Shown here: positions 59,213 to 60,251 of the stretch, one piece after another | How positions within the stretch are numbered: position 1 is the stretch's first letter | How the letters are laid out: each line of letters begins with the position of its first letter | NCBI GenBank assembly: GCA_022450005.1 | Contig: JAKURE010000003.1 | Location: 1 to 60,251 of the forward strand | Origin: Halobacteriales archaeon | GTDB taxonomy: Archaea; Halobacteriota; Halobacteria; Halobacteriales; Hikarchaeaceae | DNA length: 60,251 bases | Direction of reading: 5' to 3' | Translations under genes and position numbers: made by a program | Notes under the pieces: model-generated | What the model was told of the DNA's origin: nothing | The model's input: only the letters and a program-made list of their open reading frames with translations | Database searches by the model: none

Positions 59213-60198
59213 CCCAGCGATCCTAATTTTGTCAAAAAATTCGTTAAATGAATTATTGAATTAGCTTCTTTTGAAAGATTACAATCAATCTCACTTAGTA
59301 TAAGTGCAAACTCTACCTGGTCTACATCCTCTCTCTCTTTCACAACTTTACTTATAATTTCCAACAATTCTCCTCCAGAATATCCACTAGTTATCATTAA
59401 CCCCTCAAGAATGGATCTTGCATTCCCCAACTGACCACTCAATGAACATTCCACAAGCTCTACTATGGGTTCTTCGAGTCCCATCTCTTGAATTATTTCA
59501 ATCGCCCCCTCCTGAGTAATTTCACCCCCCCGTTCTGCAATCGCTTGTGTGTACATAATTGCAGATCTGATATTCCCCGACGCGCTATCTACTATAAATC
59601 CAACCCCATCTTCTGTAAATTTTATTCCCTCTATCCTCAATATATTCTCTATTATCTTATTCATATCAGAATCTTGGGCCCCTCTCACTGACACACAATA
59701 ACAGCGCGATCTGATGGCAGGTATGACCTTCCCCAATCGACGTGTTGTGAGAATAAATTGGGTATTATGATGATATTGTTCTATTATGCGTCTAAGAGCT
59801 TGTTGAAAATTCCTCTGGGCACTTTCAAAATTATCAAGTATCATAACTTTTCTTCCCCCTGATACTGGCGGATAACTTGCACTTTCTTTTATGAAGTGAA
59901 TAATGAGCGAATCTTTCGACCCACTAGGCATTTTTTTAGACGATATAAACCCAGAAAAAAGTGGATTTTCTACAATTTCTTTTTTTGAGCTATTAACTAA
60001 ATCTGCAATATTGAATTCAATCAATTCCCCTCCTCTCGCAATGATTCTAGCCGCCGAAGTCTTGCCACCACCTGCTGGACCGTATAATAAAAAATTTATT
60101 GACATTTCTTGGGATTTTGGCAAAATATAACGGAGTTTCTCTTGAGGAAAATCCTCCGCATTGGGTGCATATTTATCGATCCATAATGGCGAGTCCAT
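59209..60198 (-). CDS. Replication factor C small-subunit-like protein with degenerate Walker B
   Basis: LWIDKYAP, Walker A GPAGGGKTS and SRC motif IRSRC. Walker B reads ILDNFE instead of DEAD. ATG 60198 is preferred over the TTG at 60225. Confidence 0.75.
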   Translation of the reverse strand: MDSPLWIDKYAPNAEDFPQEKLRYILPKSQEMSINFLLYGPAGGGKTSAARIIARGGELIEFNIADLVNSSKKEIVENPLFSGFISSKKMPSGSKDSLIIHFIKESASYPPVSGGRKVMILDNFESAQRNFQQALRRIIEQYHHNTQFILTTRRLGKVIPAIRSRCYCVSVRGAQDSDMNKIIENILRIEGIKFTEDGVGFIVDSASGNIRSAIMYTQAIAERGGEITQEGAIEIIQEMGLEEPIVELVECSLSGQLGNARSILEGLMITSGYSGGELLEIISKVVKEREDVDQVEFALILSEIDCNLSKEANSIIHLTNFLTKLGSLG

Positions 60199-60251
60199 TA
60201 CATATTGATAGTATTCAAAAAACAAGAATTGGTCGATTCATCCACTATGTT

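Noticed and set aside
1-60251. CRISPR arrays, insertion sequences, proviruses, toxin-antitoxin or other defence modules
   Set aside because: I saw no regularly spaced repeats and no transposase, integrase, Cas or nuclease-helicase defence signatures. Gene content is core housekeeping throughout.

Overview
AT-rich archaeal chromosomal segment (roughly 40% GC by eye, not computed). It is densely coding: about 60 protein genes and 3 tRNAs (Gln-CUG, Pro-UGG, initiator Met). I saw no rRNA, CRISPR array, transposase or integrase. Several proteins point to a relative of Halobacteria: PCNA, a 129-aa 2Fe-2S ferredoxin with an acidic N-terminal extension, a duplicated 14-TM TatC, and an Oap-like GTPase/DUF2073/Zn-ribbon operon next to orc1. 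The low GC and lysine-rich proteins are atypical for classical haloarchaea. The main theme is DNA replication. A textbook oriC lies at 8386-8946, with ORB repeats flanking an AT-rich unwinding element, between the Oap-like operon and orc1/cdc6. The window also carries PolD small and large subunits, a RecJ/GAN-like DHH protein, MCM, a second Orc1/Cdc6, PCNA, PriL, Hjc and an RFC small-subunit-like gene. The rest is housekeeping: hisA/B/G/I, prs, ileS, lysC, purO, rpiA, mtaD-ahcY SAM recycling, the Tat translocase, transporters and tRNA/rRNA modification enzymes. I found no defence island or mobile element. The most unusual items are: (1) the uncharacterised origin-adjacent three-gene operon; (2) a HemC-like protein that has lost its cofactor and catalytic residues and is coupled to the RecJ-like gene; (3) a TatC with an N-terminal (HhH)2 module; (4) a HisB with an N-terminal zinc knuckle and a 26-nt direct repeat upstream; (5) an RFC-like subunit with a degenerate Walker B motif. 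All functional calls rest on motif recognition and recalled family knowledge; no database search or computation was run.
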